This document shows positions 8,549 to 19,410 of a stretch of DNA of 61,960 bases, piece by piece. The stretch covers positions 1 through 61,960 of the forward strand of contig JAZKFH010000051.1 in NCBI GenBank assembly GCA_040386535.1, in the 5' to 3' direction. Numbering within the stretch: position 1 is the stretch's first letter; every line of letters starts with the position of its first letter. The notes under the pieces were generated by a model. It did no database searches. It had not been told where the DNA came from and saw only the letters and a list, made by a program, of their open reading frames with translations. Both the position numbers and the translations under genes were made by a program. This DNA is from Myxococcota bacterium (lineage in GTDB: Bacteria; Myxococcota_A; UBA796; SXON01).

Positions 8549-9784
8549 TCACCGGCAGTTGGGCGCGGTCTGGAGCATACGCTCGAGAAGCTCGCGCGCG
8601 GGCATGTCTGGCGGCGGCGTGCCACACTCCGTACCCGTCGCGACGTGCCATGTAGAGCTGACGACGGTGGCTCCTGGCGGGAACGAGGCTTTGTGAAGGC
8701 CCCCCGAGACGCGGCAGAACCCGATGTGACCGCCGATGGGGCCACGCGCGTCCGCCTCGGGGAGCGCGACGGCCACGAGGGTCTCGTCCTCACCGTCCAT
8801 GTTCGGCACGGCATAGGACCGCCCGAGGTCCAACCGGTAATTCACGACATCCGACCCTTCGAGCGGCCAGATATGGTAGGCCGCGCCGGTCGCGTCGACG
8901 CTGTACACGTGCACGCCGGCCGGCTGGTCGACGGTGAGCACCGGCTCCACCGGCTGCCCGACACACAGCGCCCCGCCACGGGTCGGGACCCGGAGGTCGA
9001 GCCTCACCGCGCCGGCGCGTCGGCCGCGGTAGTCCAGCCCAAGGTCAGCGTGGGGGACGCACCGCGCGCCGGTCGCGGGCACGTTGTAGGCGCTCGCCGG
9101 GAAGGTGACAGGCTCGGCCAAGAGTTGGGTGCCATCCGTGAGCGTAGCGGAGGCCGCGATCGTGACTTCGCGTTCTGTCACCACCGCGACCAGCTCGATC
9201 TCGGGCGCCTCGCCCGGCGTATCGTCGGCGAGCGGGGAGACCCCGTGCCTCCCGAGCCGGCTCCCCACCCACATCCGTAGGGGCTCGAGCTCCGGCACGA
9301 CACAGCCGTCCGCGCGTGCCGGCGCGGCGAGGCGGACGGCCGTGACCTTCGCGGCGGCCAGCTTCCCCGCCAGCTCGTCCCCGAGGGCGGCGACGCGCGC
9401 CTCGGCCTCGGCGCGCTGGCGGTCGGGGTTGAGCAGCCGCATCTCCACGACGGCGGTCGCGCACGCACGACGTGCCTTCTCATCGTACACCCCGGGTGTC
9501 TGCCAGGCGGTCACGTAGCCGGCGTAGCGGCCGCAGTCGGCCGGCATGGCCGCGCACAGATCCGCGTGCAACGCCTTCCGCGCATCGTCGCGAGCCGCGG
9601 CGAGGGCATCTTCCCGTGCCCGTGGGGCGCTCCCGCGGGCGGAGGCGTAGCCTACGGCGAGCTTGTATTGGTTGGACCCAGGTGGCACCACCTCGCACGT
9701 GACCGGCGCGCCGGTGTCACCCGCGTGCGCGCGCAGCGGGAGCGAAAGGAACGAAAGCAGGACGACCCATCGCGGCGCACGCAT
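8549..9784 (-). CDS. Secreted protein with DUF4384-like C-terminal domain
   Basis: Signal peptide ending RAHA; VGQPVEPVLTVDQPAGVHVYSVDATGAAYHIWP resembles DUF4384. Confidence 0.65.
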   Translation of the reverse strand: MRAPRWVVLLSFLSLPLRAHAGDTGAPVTCEVVPPGSNQYKLAVGYASARGSAPRAREDALAAARDDARKALHADLCAAMPADCGRYAGYVTAWQTPGVYDEKARRACATAVVEMRLLNPDRQRAEAEARVAALGDELAGKLAAAKVTAVRLAAPARADGCVVPELEPLRMWVGSRLGRHGVSPLADDTPGEAPEIELVAVVTEREVTIAASATLTDGTQLLAEPVTFPASAYNVPATGARCVPHADLGLDYRGRRAGAVRLDLRVPTRGGALCVGQPVEPVLTVDQPAGVHVYSVDATGAAYHIWPLEGSDVVNYRLDLGRSYAVPNMDGEDETLVAVALPEADARGPIGGHIGFCRVSGGLHKASFPPGATVVSSTWHVATGTECGTPPPDMPARELLERMLQTAPNCR

Positions 9785-9905
9785 CTGTCACTCGGCCGTT
9801 TGGGTGGTCACGCGGTCCGCGGGGCCAGCGACAAGCAGGGAACGAAGCATCCGCCACAGGTAGCACGCGGGCGAGCAGTTGCGTCGAGACGCCGCCTGGT
9901 GAAAG

Positions 9906-11702
9906 ATGCCGGAGATGCGAATCTTCCCTGCCCGCCTCGGCCCCCTGTGCAGCTTCTTTTTTGGGCTGCTCCTCCTCCCGGGCGCGGCCTCCGCTGGCGG
10001 CCTGGACCAGCTGAGCGAGCCGCTCAAGACGGGAGCCAAGGCGCCCGCCGACGCCGCCGTGGTGATCGGCGCCGAGGACTACCTGCGCGTGGCGGACGTG
10101 CCCTTCGCGCGGCGGGACGCCGCGCTCTTCTACGACTGGCTGATCTACTCCCGCGGTGTGCGCCCCGAGGCGGTGCGGCTCCTCGACCACGAGGTGACAC
10201 GCGAGTCGATGCAAGCGGCGATCGAGACCGCCGCGCGCCAGGTGGGCGCCGGCGGCCGGCTCTGGGTGTACTTCGCGGGCCACGGCGCCGCCGCCCCGGA
10301 GTCGGGGGAGCGCCTCTGGCTCGGCGACGACGTGGTGGGGACCCCGGCCTCCTTCACCGCCCGCGGGCTTCCGGTCGCGGCCGTGCACGCCCTCGCCCAG
10401 ACCGCCGGCGTTGACGCGATCGTCTTGAGCGACGCATGTTATTCGGGCCGGGGCCGCGCCGGCGAGGACCTCGCTCTGGGCGGGCGCTTCGTGGTTCCGC
10501 AGGCGGCGCTCCCGACCCCCGCGAAGGGGCTCGTGGCGTGGGACGCCGCGTCGGCGACGGAGGTGGCCGGGCCCCTCCCGGGCGCCGAACACGGCGCGTT
10601 CACCTGGTTCCTCGTGGGCGCGCTCCGCGGCTGGGCCGACGGGGAGACCGACGGCAAACGCGACGGGAGCGTGAGCCTCGACGAGGCCAGCGTCTACGTG
10701 GCGCGCGCGTTGCGGACCGTGCAGGTGACCACGCAGCGTCCCGTCCTGCAGGCGAACGACGCCGGCGGGTCGGTGCTGTCGACGGGCGGAGAGAGAGGCC
10801 CCGATCTCTCCGCCGTGCGGCGTAGCGTGGCCGAGGCGGGGCCGAAACCGGCTGAGCCCGCGCCCAGCGTCAGTGCGGGCCCCGTCGCCGCGGTCGCCGC
10901 TCCTACCGCCGCCGTCGCCGCTCCTACCGCCGTCGCCGCTCCTGCCGCCCCGCCCGCACCGAAAACCAATGGGTGGGAGGTCGCGGCCGCCATCCTCCAG
11001 GGCGCGATCTCCGCGCAGGCTCCCAACTCGGCCGATGTCGCGTACGAGTCCGACGAGCAGGATGACACAGGGTTCGTCGACGCGGGCGACACGCGCCCGG
11101 ACACCTCCGGCTACGCGGGCCGCTGGGCTGAGGCCAACGCCGGCGGCCTCAGCCTGTACGTGATGACCAGCCTCGATGGCGAGGTGCTGGCGGACGGCGG
11201 GACCGGGTGCATCACGCTGCTCGAGCCGCGGTCCGACACGGGGCCGTACGTGTTCGGCGAGGTCATGATCGCGGGCTCCTGCGAGCCCTGGTCGAAGGTG
11301 GTGCTCCTGCCGGACGGCGACCGGCTCCGGGTCAGCTGGTGGTCGCCCGACGGGTCGCGGGGCACGTCGATTCTCTCGCTCCGGGAGGCGGCCACCGACG
11401 CGAGTCCCACAGGAGCGTCGACCGGCTACCTCTACGCAGTGGACGGCGGCGACAAGGTTCCGGTCACGGTGTCCCTCTCGCGGGACACGGGCACAATCGA
11501 CTATCTGCTCAACGATTGTGACTCCCGGATCTCCGGGCTGCCCCCGGAGGGCGGCTGGCGTCCGTGGGTCGAGTCGAAGGTCGGCGGACGGTGCGCCGCG
11601 GGCATTCTGTCCGTCGCCCCGCTGACCAGCGGCGCGCTCATCGCGCAGTGGTCTCTTGCCGGGGAAGAGGCGTCCTACTTCGGGATCCTGCGGAAGGAGT
11701 GA
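9906..11702 (+). CDS. Secreted caspase-family (peptidase C14) protein with C-terminal beta-rich domains
   Basis: AVVIGAEDY, catalytic His in VYFAGHG and Cys in SDACYSG, HGAFTWFLVGALRG, N-terminal hydrophobic signal, Ala/Pro linker. Confidence 0.85.
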   Translation: MPEMRIFPARLGPLCSFFFGLLLLPGAASAGGLDQLSEPLKTGAKAPADAAVVIGAEDYLRVADVPFARRDAALFYDWLIYSRGVRPEAVRLLDHEVTRESMQAAIETAARQVGAGGRLWVYFAGHGAAAPESGERLWLGDDVVGTPASFTARGLPVAAVHALAQTAGVDAIVLSDACYSGRGRAGEDLALGGRFVVPQAALPTPAKGLVAWDAASATEVAGPLPGAEHGAFTWFLVGALRGWADGETDGKRDGSVSLDEASVYVARALRTVQVTTQRPVLQANDAGGSVLSTGGERGPDLSAVRRSVAEAGPKPAEPAPSVSAGPVAAVAAPTAAVAAPTAVAAPAAPPAPKTNGWEVAAAILQGAISAQAPNSADVAYESDEQDDTGFVDAGDTRPDTSGYAGRWAEANAGGLSLYVMTSLDGEVLADGGTGCITLLEPRSDTGPYVFGEVMIAGSCEPWSKVVLLPDGDRLRVSWWSPDGSRGTSILSLREAATDASPTGASTGYLYAVDGGDKVPVTVSLSRDTGTIDYLLNDCDSRISGLPPEGGWRPWVESKVGGRCAAGILSVAPLTSGALIAQWSLAGEEASYFGILRKE

Positions 11703-11729
11703 CCGGACTCGTCTCCGACCACGTCGAGC

Positions 11730-12026
11730 CTACCCAGGCTCGGGGTGGAACAACCCGATGAAGAGCTCGACCTCGTCCCCATGGTCGATGAGCAGGATCG
11801 GGGTGAAGCCGTTCGCCTCGGCCTTGTCGTTCCAGCGGGCCACGAGCTCGTCGAGCCAGCTGCGCTCGCGACGGTCGAGCCATTCCCACATGGTCTCGGG
11901 GGTCAGCCCGAGCGCCGCGGCGGCGGCGTCCGGGGTGGCGGGCTGGCCCTTGCGGGCGAGCTCCTCCTGGACGATGCGGAGGAATTCTTCGCCGGCAAGG
12001 TCGAAACGGTCGGGTCCGAACATCAT
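11730..12026 (-). CDS. Small hypothetical protein with helix-turn-helix-like segment
   Basis: TPDAAAAALGLTPETMWEWLDR is HTH-like. ATG 12026 is preceded by TATGTT plus 6 nt. Confidence 0.6.
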   Translation of the reverse strand: MMFGPDRFDLAGEEFLRIVQEELARKGQPATPDAAAAALGLTPETMWEWLDRRERSWLDELVARWNDKAEANGFTPILLIDHGDEVELFIGLFHPEPG

Positions 12027-12133
12027 GCGCCGAACATAGTCGCAACACGAGCGCTGCCAAGGGGCGCGGCTCATCGGGGCGCCGCGGGCTACAGGACGAG
12101 GCCCTCGCGGGCTACTGGGGTGGGGGAGGAAGG

Positions 12134-12895
12134 ATGGGCGGCGTGCGGGTGGAGAACGATGGCGTGATCACGACGGTGATCGTCGACCGCCCAGCGGTGC
12201 GGAACGCGATCGATCGCGCTACCGCCGATGCCCTGGCGGACGCGTTCCGCGCCTTCGACGCGGACCCGGGGGCGCGGGTGGCCGTGCTCTACGGGGTGGG
12301 GACGTTCTCGGCGGGCGCGGATCTCAAGGCGATCGCCGCTGGATCGGCCAACCGCCTGGAGCCCGAGGGGGACGGCCCGCTCGGCCCCACTCGTCTCGTG
12401 CTCGGCAAGCCGGTGATCGCCGCGATCGCGGGGCACGCGGTGGCCGGCGGGCTGGAGCTCGCCTGTTGGTGCGACCTGCGCGTGGCCGAGGCGGACGCGA
12501 TCCTCGGCGTGTTCTGCCGCCGTTGGGGCGTGCCCTTGATCGACGGCGGGACCGCGCGGCTGCCGCGCATCATCGGCCTCGGCCGGGCGCTCGATCTCGT
12601 GCTCACCGGGCGCGCCGTGACCGCCCAGGAGGCCCACACCATCGGCCTCGTCGACCGCGTGGTCGCCCCCGGCACCGCGCGCGCCGAGGCCGAGGCCCTC
12701 GCGCGCCAGATCGCGGCGTTCCCGCAGGCCTGCCTCCGCGCCGACCGCGCGAGCGTCTACCGGGGGCTCGAGCTGCCCCTGGCGGACGCGCTGCGGGCCG
12801 AGTTCGAGGCGGGGGTGGCCGCCGTGGCGGAAGAGGGCGTGGACGGCGCGCGGCGCTTCGCGGCCGGAGCCGGGCGCCACGGGGGGGCGCCGTGA
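12134..12895 (+). CDS. Crotonase / enoyl-CoA hydratase family protein
   Basis: FSAGADLK, KPVIAAIAGHAVAGGLELACWCDLRV, GVPLIDGGT. Confidence 0.92.
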   Translation: MGGVRVENDGVITTVIVDRPAVRNAIDRATADALADAFRAFDADPGARVAVLYGVGTFSAGADLKAIAAGSANRLEPEGDGPLGPTRLVLGKPVIAAIAGHAVAGGLELACWCDLRVAEADAILGVFCRRWGVPLIDGGTARLPRIIGLGRALDLVLTGRAVTAQEAHTIGLVDRVVAPGTARAEAEALARQIAAFPQACLRADRASVYRGLELPLADALRAEFEAGVAAVAEEGVDGARRFAAGAGRHGGAP

Positions 12896-13812
12896 ACGAC
12901 GGACTGCGGCCCCCGGCCACTCCGATCCGCCGCCCCTACACCCGGGCCCGTCTCGACGCGCTCGTGGCGTTCGCGAGTACCCACGCGTTGAGTCGCGTGC
13001 ACGCGCCGCCCGCGCGCCGCCTCCTCGCCGAGCTCGCGCCGCCGGAGGGTGTCATCGAGCTCGTGGCCGACGGGCAGCCCGTGTTCGTGGGCGCCGTGAT
13101 CGATCGTTGCGAGAACCTCCACGACGCCGCGCTGTTCGAGGTCCTGGGCTGGGACGGCACCACGCCGCTCGACGTGCTGCTCGCCGAGGCGACTCCGATC
13201 GCCATCGCGGTCGGGCGCCGCGCGGGCCGGGCCCAGCTCTCGCTCTCATTGCCCGCGCGCCAGGCCGGGGCGCTCCAGGGCCAGGGCTGGATCCGCGGCG
13301 AGGCGAGCTACGTGCTGGAGCGGGATCTGTCGCCGTGGCCCTCCCCCGCGCCGCCCGCGGGCGCCGAGTGGGAGGACCTCTCCCCGCTTGACGTGGCCGA
13401 GCACTACGACGCCGTGCGCGCCGCGTTCGCGGAGGATCCGGGGATGATGCTCCCCGACCTCGACACGTTCGCCGTGGCGAGCCTCGGGGCGGCCGTTCCG
13501 GTGCGGGTGTTGCGTGCACTGAGCGCGCGGCGCGGCGAGGCGGAGATCGCGTTCGCGCGCGTCGTGCTCGAGGACGAGGGGCGGGTCGGCTACATCGCAT
13601 CGATCGGTCGGGCGCCGGCGTGGAAGGGCCGCGGCCTCGGCCCGGTGGCGCTCGCGGAGGCGCTCCGGCAGCTGGTCCGCCTGGGCGTGGCGCGCCTGCG
13701 GCTCGGCGTCACGGCCACCAACGCCGCCGCCGTCGAGTTGTACCGTCGGACCGGTTTTGTCGAGGTGGAGCGCTGGGAGACCTGGCGGCGGCCGCTGTCG
13801 GAGGCGGGATGA
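12892..13812 (+). CDS. GNAT family N-acetyltransferase
   Basis: GTGA overlap with the upstream stop; acetyl-CoA motif WKGRGLG and NAAAVELYRRTGF. Confidence 0.8.
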   Translation: MNDGLRPPATPIRRPYTRARLDALVAFASTHALSRVHAPPARRLLAELAPPEGVIELVADGQPVFVGAVIDRCENLHDAALFEVLGWDGTTPLDVLLAEATPIAIAVGRRAGRAQLSLSLPARQAGALQGQGWIRGEASYVLERDLSPWPSPAPPAGAEWEDLSPLDVAEHYDAVRAAFAEDPGMMLPDLDTFAVASLGAAVPVRVLRALSARRGEAEIAFARVVLEDEGRVGYIASIGRAPAWKGRGLGPVALAEALRQLVRLGVARLRLGVTATNAAAVELYRRTGFVEVERWETWRRPLSEAG

Positions 13813-14651
13813 TCCGCGAGATCGTCGGCGCGCGCATCGTGGAGCACCGGGAGGTCGCGCGGGCGACGCGTTGGCTGGTCGTCGAGCTCGACGCGCCGGA
13901 GGTCGAGGAGCCCGAGGCCGCCGAGCCCTTCGCGGCCGACGAGGCCCCCACCGAGGCCCCCGAGGCGCCGCTGACCTTCGCGCCCGGGCACGTCGTGGCG
14001 CTGTACGCGCCCGACCCCGAGGGCAAGTGGATCCGCCATCCGTACACAGTGTCGTGGTCCGAGGGCCGTCGGTTGGCGATCCTCTACCGGGTGATCCGCG
14101 GCGGCCGCACCACCCCGTTCATGTCGTTGATGGGCGAGGGGGAGACCCTTCGGCTCGGTGGCCGCTTCGGCTTCCCGATCTCCGCGCTCGTACCCGACGA
14201 CGCGACGGCGGTGGTGTGCGTCTCGACCGGCAGCGGCGTTGGCCCCCTCCACGGCTACGCTGCCGAGGCCCTCGCGGCGGGCTTGGACCGGCCGATCACG
14301 CTGCTCGCGGGCTTCCGCGAGGCGGCCGACGTGGCGCAGGGCCCCGCGCTCGACGCGCTCGCCGCGCGCCACTCCCGATTTTCGTGGCATCCGACGCTCA
14401 CGCGCCCGGGGCCCGGCTGGGACGGGTGGGTGGGCAGGGTGTCCGCCCACGTCGGCGCCGTCGCGAGCGCGGGCGCACACTGGCACCTCGTCGGCAACGG
14501 CGCCATGGTGACCGACGTGCGCGCGGGGCTGCTCGGCGCGGGGGTGCCCCTCGAGCGGATCACCACCGAGACCTACCACAACCGGGGGACGAGCCCAGAT
14601 CCCGCGGCGGTCGCGCGGATCGTGGCAGAACTGGGCCGCGACACGGCCTGA
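13809..14651 (+). CDS. FAD/NAD(P)-binding oxidoreductase (ferredoxin-NADP reductase family)
   Basis: ATGA overlap; RHPYT (RxYS-like), GRTTPFM, STGSGVGP, GWVGRV, LVGNGAMV. Confidence 0.8.
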   Translation: MIREIVGARIVEHREVARATRWLVVELDAPEVEEPEAAEPFAADEAPTEAPEAPLTFAPGHVVALYAPDPEGKWIRHPYTVSWSEGRRLAILYRVIRGGRTTPFMSLMGEGETLRLGGRFGFPISALVPDDATAVVCVSTGSGVGPLHGYAAEALAAGLDRPITLLAGFREAADVAQGPALDALAARHSRFSWHPTLTRPGPGWDGWVGRVSAHVGAVASAGAHWHLVGNGAMVTDVRAGLLGAGVPLERITTETYHNRGTSPDPAAVARIVAELGRDTA

Positions 14652-14801
14652 ACGGCTGGCGGGCAGGGACGGCGGCTCATAAAAAACCCAAGTCCGCACG
14701 TGGATTTACGATCGGGCCCGCTCCACCGCCCCGTAAACACGACGTAAGGCGGCGGGGGCCCCGCCGGGGGGTAGGTTCCGGGAGTCGGCCCGAGGTCCTG
14801 C

Positions 14802-17207
14802 ATGTCCCTGCTTCTCGCCCTCCTCCTGCATGTCGGGTGTGTCACCGACCCGGAGAAGGACACGTTGCGGGATCCCGAGGTGCCCGAGGCGTGCGATGGG
14901 GTGTGGATCCTGGCGTATGCCGACACCGACGGCGACGGCTTCGGCGACCCGCGCCAGGGCCTCGGGGCCTGCAACGGCGCCGAGGGCTACGTGCTCGACC
15001 CGACCGACTGCGACGATACGCGCGACACCGTGCACCCCGGCGCGGTCGAGACATGCGACGGGCTCGACCAGGACTGTGACGGCGCAGTGGACGAGGACGC
15101 GGAGGACCCCGCCACCTGGTACCGCGACGCGGACGGGGACACCTACGGCAACGAGGACAAGAGCGTCGTCGCGTGCGAAGCGCCCGACGGCCACACCGAC
15201 CGCCCGGGCGACTGCGACGACACCGACGCCGCCCTCTCCCCCGCGGCGCTCGAGCGCTGTGATCCGGACGAGGTGGACGAGGATTGTGACGGCGCCGCCG
15301 ACGACGCCGATCCCGACGACGCCCCGGACAGCGCGTGGTACCCCGACGCGGACGGGGACGGCTTCGGCGACGACACGCGGCGCGTGTACGTCTGCGATCC
15401 GCCCGACGCCTATGTCTCCGTGGGAGGCGACTGCGACGACGCCGATGACACGCGGAGCCCGAGCGCGCAGGAGGTGTGTGACGACGCCCTGCTCGACGAG
15501 GACTGCGACGGCATCGTGGAGGACGCCGATCCCACCGTGGCCGAGGCCTCCCTGGGCACCTGGTACGTGGACGCCGATGTCGACGGCTACGGCGGCGCCC
15601 CGATCGAGGCGTGTCACGCGCCCTCCGGCACGGTGGCCGAGGACGGCGACTGTGACGACGCGGACGGCGCGGCCCACCCGGGCGGGGTCGAGCGCTGTGA
15701 CGCCGCGAACGTGGACGAGGACTGTGACGGCGCCGCGGATGAAGAGGGCGCGGCGGGCGAGGTGCGATGGTCGTCGGACGCCGACGGGGACGGGTTCGGC
15801 GACGTGTACGAGCAGGTGTCGGCCTGCGACGAGCCGTCCGGCTACGTGGCCTCGGCGCGGGACTGTGACGACGGGGACGCCGCGTTGCACCCGGGCGCCG
15901 CGGAGACCTGCGGCGATGGCCTGGACAGCGACTGTGACGGCACCGGGGATGCGTGCGAGGGCTCTGTCTCCGTCTCGCTCCGCACGGCGGGCGCGCGCGT
16001 GGGGACGGAGGCCAGGCACGCGTCGGGCTTCTCGCTCGACGCGGGCGACCTCGACGGAGACGGGCGGGTCGACCTCTTCCTCGCCGCGACGCTGGAGACG
16101 AGCGGGGGGGACCGCCGCTACGGCAGCCTCTTCACCGTGGTCGGCGCCCTGGCGGACGACCTGACCGTCGCCGGCACCGACGGCGCCGCGCAGATCCGCG
16201 CCACGCCAACCGATCCGGGCCACAACGGCGGTCTCGCCGGGGATCTGGACGGCGATGGCTCCCTCGATCTGATCGTCGGCGGCTACGGCAGCGTGGGCGT
16301 GCTCCACGGCCCCTTCGCGGGCGACGTGACGATGGCGAGCCTCGGCGCCACCCTGGTGTCGGGGGATCACGTGCTCCCGCGGCCCGCCGCCGGGGACGTG
16401 GACGGAGACGGGCTCGACGACGTCCTCCTGTGCGAAGGGACCACCACGCGCGCGGAGGCCGGCCTGGTGCTGTTCGGAGATCCTGGGCGCGCCTACGCCG
16501 AGGCGCGGCTCGTAGGGGAGGCCATCGGCGACGAGGCGGGCACGGCGCTGGCGGGCGGCCAGGACGTGGACGGCGACGGCCTCGTGGACGTGCTGGTGGG
16601 GGCGACCGCCGCGCGCGCGGGCCAGGGCGCCGTGTACATCGTGGCCGGGCCCATCCTCGGCGAACGGTCGCTGGCGGACGAGGTGGCGGTGCAGGGCAAG
16701 GGCGACGACTTCGGCGCCGAGGTGGCGGCCATCGGTGACCTCGACGCGGACGGCTACAACGACGTGGCGGTGCTCGCCCCGGGCGCGACCGACGGCGCCG
16801 TGTACGTGTTCCGTGGCCCCCTGGACGAGGAGCGCGAGGCCGCCGCCGCCGACCTCTCCCTCCTGGGCGTCGCCTCGGCCTCCATGGGCGCCGATCTGCT
16901 CGGGGCCGGCGATCTCGACGACGACGGCTTCGACGACTTCGTGGTCGGCGCCCCCTACGACGACACCACCGGCGCGGAGGACGGCGCCGCCTACGTGTTC
17001 TACGGCCCCGCCACCGGCGCCGCGACGATGACGGACGCCGCGGTGCGCCTGTACGGACACGGAGGCGGGCACGCGGGCGCGGCGCTGGCGGCCGGCGACA
17101 ACGACGGGGACGGGATCCCCGAGCTGTTCATCGCGGCGGACGAGGACACGCTGCGGATCGACGGGCTGGTGGGCGTGGTCTACGTGGTGGCGGGGGGGGA
17201 GCGGTAG
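14802..17207 (+). CDS. Lipoprotein with MopE-like Cys/Asp repeats and a 7-blade FG-GAP propeller
   Basis: Signal ending HVGC, five DCDD..P.A.E.C repeats, seven GD(L/V)DGDG blades. Confidence 0.85.
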   Translation: MSLLLALLLHVGCVTDPEKDTLRDPEVPEACDGVWILAYADTDGDGFGDPRQGLGACNGAEGYVLDPTDCDDTRDTVHPGAVETCDGLDQDCDGAVDEDAEDPATWYRDADGDTYGNEDKSVVACEAPDGHTDRPGDCDDTDAALSPAALERCDPDEVDEDCDGAADDADPDDAPDSAWYPDADGDGFGDDTRRVYVCDPPDAYVSVGGDCDDADDTRSPSAQEVCDDALLDEDCDGIVEDADPTVAEASLGTWYVDADVDGYGGAPIEACHAPSGTVAEDGDCDDADGAAHPGGVERCDAANVDEDCDGAADEEGAAGEVRWSSDADGDGFGDVYEQVSACDEPSGYVASARDCDDGDAALHPGAAETCGDGLDSDCDGTGDACEGSVSVSLRTAGARVGTEARHASGFSLDAGDLDGDGRVDLFLAATLETSGGDRRYGSLFTVVGALADDLTVAGTDGAAQIRATPTDPGHNGGLAGDLDGDGSLDLIVGGYGSVGVLHGPFAGDVTMASLGATLVSGDHVLPRPAAGDVDGDGLDDVLLCEGTTTRAEAGLVLFGDPGRAYAEARLVGEAIGDEAGTALAGGQDVDGDGLVDVLVGATAARAGQGAVYIVAGPILGERSLADEVAVQGKGDDFGAEVAAIGDLDADGYNDVAVLAPGATDGAVYVFRGPLDEEREAAAADLSLLGVASASMGADLLGAGDLDDDGFDDFVVGAPYDDTTGAEDGAAYVFYGPATGAATMTDAAVRLYGHGGGHAGAALAAGDNDGDGIPELFIAADEDTLRIDGLVGVVYVVAGGER

Positions 17208-17214
17208 GCCCGCT

Positions 17215-19410
17215 TCACACCTCCTCCTTCACCACCAACCGCTCCAACAACGCCCGCGCGCCCTCCACCCCCTCCACCCGGTGCCGCGCGGGGAGCGGCA
17301 CGTCGCCCACCTGGACCGTGTGCGCCTCGGGCGGGAGCGCGGCGAACAGGTCGGCGTCGGTCGTGTCGTCGCCGAGCGCGAGGATCACGCCCTCGAGCTC
17401 GCCGCGGTCGCGGAGCGCGGTGACGATGGCGCCCTTGTTGGTGCCGCGGGCGCGGAGCTCGAGCACCCGGTTGCCGGGGAGCACGTCGATGGGGAGCCAG
17501 TGCGCGTACTCCTCGGCCGCCCGGCGAAGCTCCTCGGGGGCCTCCGTCAAGCCGGTCTCCCGGTAGTGGAAGGCGAGCGAGGCCGTCTTCTCCTCGATGG
17601 CGCTCCCGGGGAGCCGGGCGACCCACACCTCGAGCGCGGGCCGGAGCACGTCCATCCACGTGGCGGGCGGCAGCGGGCGCATCTCCCACGTGGTCTGGCC
17701 GGGCCAGCGCGTCCACAGGCCGTGCTCGGCGTGCAGGCCGATCGGGAGGTGGCCGAACCACCGCTCCAGATCCGCGCGGCGACGGCCACTCACGAGGTGC
17801 AGGACGTTTCCGTTCGCATCTGCGAGACGACGCAGGAGGGTCATCAGCGCCGGATCCGGGGCGGCGAACTCGGGGCGGGCGGCGAAGGGCACGAGGGTGC
17901 CGTCGTAGTCGAGGAGCAACACGCGGCGGGGCGCGGCGCGGAGGGAGTCGAGCACGTCGTCCAGGCGGCGCGCGGGCGTGGCGGCCGGGGGGCCGAGCCG
18001 ATCCGGGGCCTCGTCGAGGTGGCGCAGGAAGTGCTGGGCCCAGGCGAACACGTCGGCGGCCTCGACCCGGGTGCGGAGCGCGGCCATGCGCGCCCGGCGC
18101 TCGCCGGCAGGCATCGTGAGTGCGCGCGCCATGGCGCTGGCGACCCCGTTGATGTCGTAGGGGTTCACGAGCAAGGCGGCGTCGAGCTCGTCGGCGGCGC
18201 CCGCCAGCTCGGACAGGAGCAGCACCCCGTCCAGATCGCTCCGCGCCGCCACGAACTCCTTGGCGACGAGGTTCATGCCGTCGCGTAGCGGGGTCACCAG
18301 CATCACGTCGGCGGCGCGGTAGTGCGCGATGACCTCGTCGGAGGTGAGCGAGCGGTAGACGTAGTGGATCGGCACGGTGGCGCCCTGGGTGTAGAGCCCG
18401 TTGATGCGGCCGACGTGCTCCTCCACCTGGCGACGGATCTGGCGGTAGGCGTCGACCTTCTCGCGGCTCGGGACGGCCACCTGGAGCAGCCGGGTGGTGC
18501 CGCGCAGGGCGGGCTCGCGCTCCAGCAGCCGCTCGAACGCGAGCATGCGGCGGGGGATGCCCTTGGTGTAGTCGAGGCGATCGACGCCGAGGAGGAGCCG
18601 GGTGCCGGGCTGGCGGAGCGACGCGGCGTGGGCGTCGACGGCGCGCGAGCGGGCCTGATCGCCGATGCCGACCACGTCGACCCCCATGGGCGCCACCACG
18701 AGCCGCACGCCGCGCCCCTTCACGGAGAGCTGGTGCACATCGTCCCCGCGGGCCGCGCGGGCCACGCGGTAGCCGAGCAGGAGCCCCACCGAGTTGGCGA
18801 AGTGGCGTCGGTAGGACGCGGTGTGGAACCCGATGACGTCGGCGCCGAGCAGCCCTTCGAGGACGGCGGACCGCCACGCGAGGGTGCGGAACACCTCGGA
18901 GGAGGGAAACGGGATGTGGAGGAAGAAGCCGATGCGGAGCCCGGGCCGGCGTTGCCGCAACATCCCCGGCACGAGGCAGAGGTGGTAGTCGTGCACCCAC
19001 ACGTGGTCGTCGGGGCCCGCCCGCTCGGCCACAATGTCGGCGAAGCGCTGGTTGACGCGCACGTAGGTGTCCCACGTGGCGGCTTCGAGCGGCACGCGGT
19101 CGATGAGGTAGTGGAACAGGGGCCACAACACGCCGTTGGCGTAGCCGTCGTAGTACTGCACCACCTCGGTGGGGGAGAGCGGAACCGTGCCGATGCGCAT
19201 CGCGTCGAGGTCGCGGTGGAGGTCGGAGCGCTGGGCCTCGGTCAGCCGCGAGATGTCCCCCGGCCAGCCGACCCAGACGGTCTCGGCCTGCGCGTGTACG
19301 CCCTGCAGCCCGGTCGCGAGGCCCCCGGCGCTCCGCTCGACCAGGACCTGCCCACGATCGAGCCGCACGGTGATGGGGAGGCGGTTGGAGACGAGGATCA
19401 GGCGTGGGAT
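17215..19410 (-). CDS. otsAB: Bifunctional trehalose-6-phosphate synthase/phosphatase
   Basis: [42 protein letters not shown] motifs DYDGTL and GDDTTD. The conserved [10 protein letters not shown] lies upstream of the first canonical start (19368), so the start is uncertain. Confidence 0.93.
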   Translation of the reverse strand: MPRLILVSNRLPITVRLDRGQVLVERSAGGLATGLQGVHAQAETVWVGWPGDISRLTEAQRSDLHRDLDAMRIGTVPLSPTEVVQYYDGYANGVLWPLFHYLIDRVPLEAATWDTYVRVNQRFADIVAERAGPDDHVWVHDYHLCLVPGMLRQRRPGLRIGFFLHIPFPSSEVFRTLAWRSAVLEGLLGADVIGFHTASYRRHFANSVGLLLGYRVARAARGDDVHQLSVKGRGVRLVVAPMGVDVVGIGDQARSRAVDAHAASLRQPGTRLLLGVDRLDYTKGIPRRMLAFERLLEREPALRGTTRLLQVAVPSREKVDAYRQIRRQVEEHVGRINGLYTQGATVPIHYVYRSLTSDEVIAHYRAADVMLVTPLRDGMNLVAKEFVAARSDLDGVLLLSELAGAADELDAALLVNPYDINGVASAMARALTMPAGERRARMAALRTRVEAADVFAWAQHFLRHLDEAPDRLGPPAATPARRLDDVLDSLRAAPRRVLLLDYDGTLVPFAARPEFAAPDPALMTLLRRLADANGNVLHLVSGRRRADLERWFGHLPIGLHAEHGLWTRWPGQTTWEMRPLPPATWMDVLRPALEVWVARLPGSAIEEKTASLAFHYRETGLTEAPEELRRAAEEYAHWLPIDVLPGNRVLELRARGTNKGAIVTALRDRGELEGVILALGDDTTDADLFAALPPEAHTVQVGDVPLPARHRVEGVEGARALLERLVVKEEV

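Noticed and set aside
14660..14790. AT-richer intergenic patch with short inverted repeats
   Set aside because: The pairings are short and inconsistent, and cannot be distinguished from ordinary promoter/terminator sequence.
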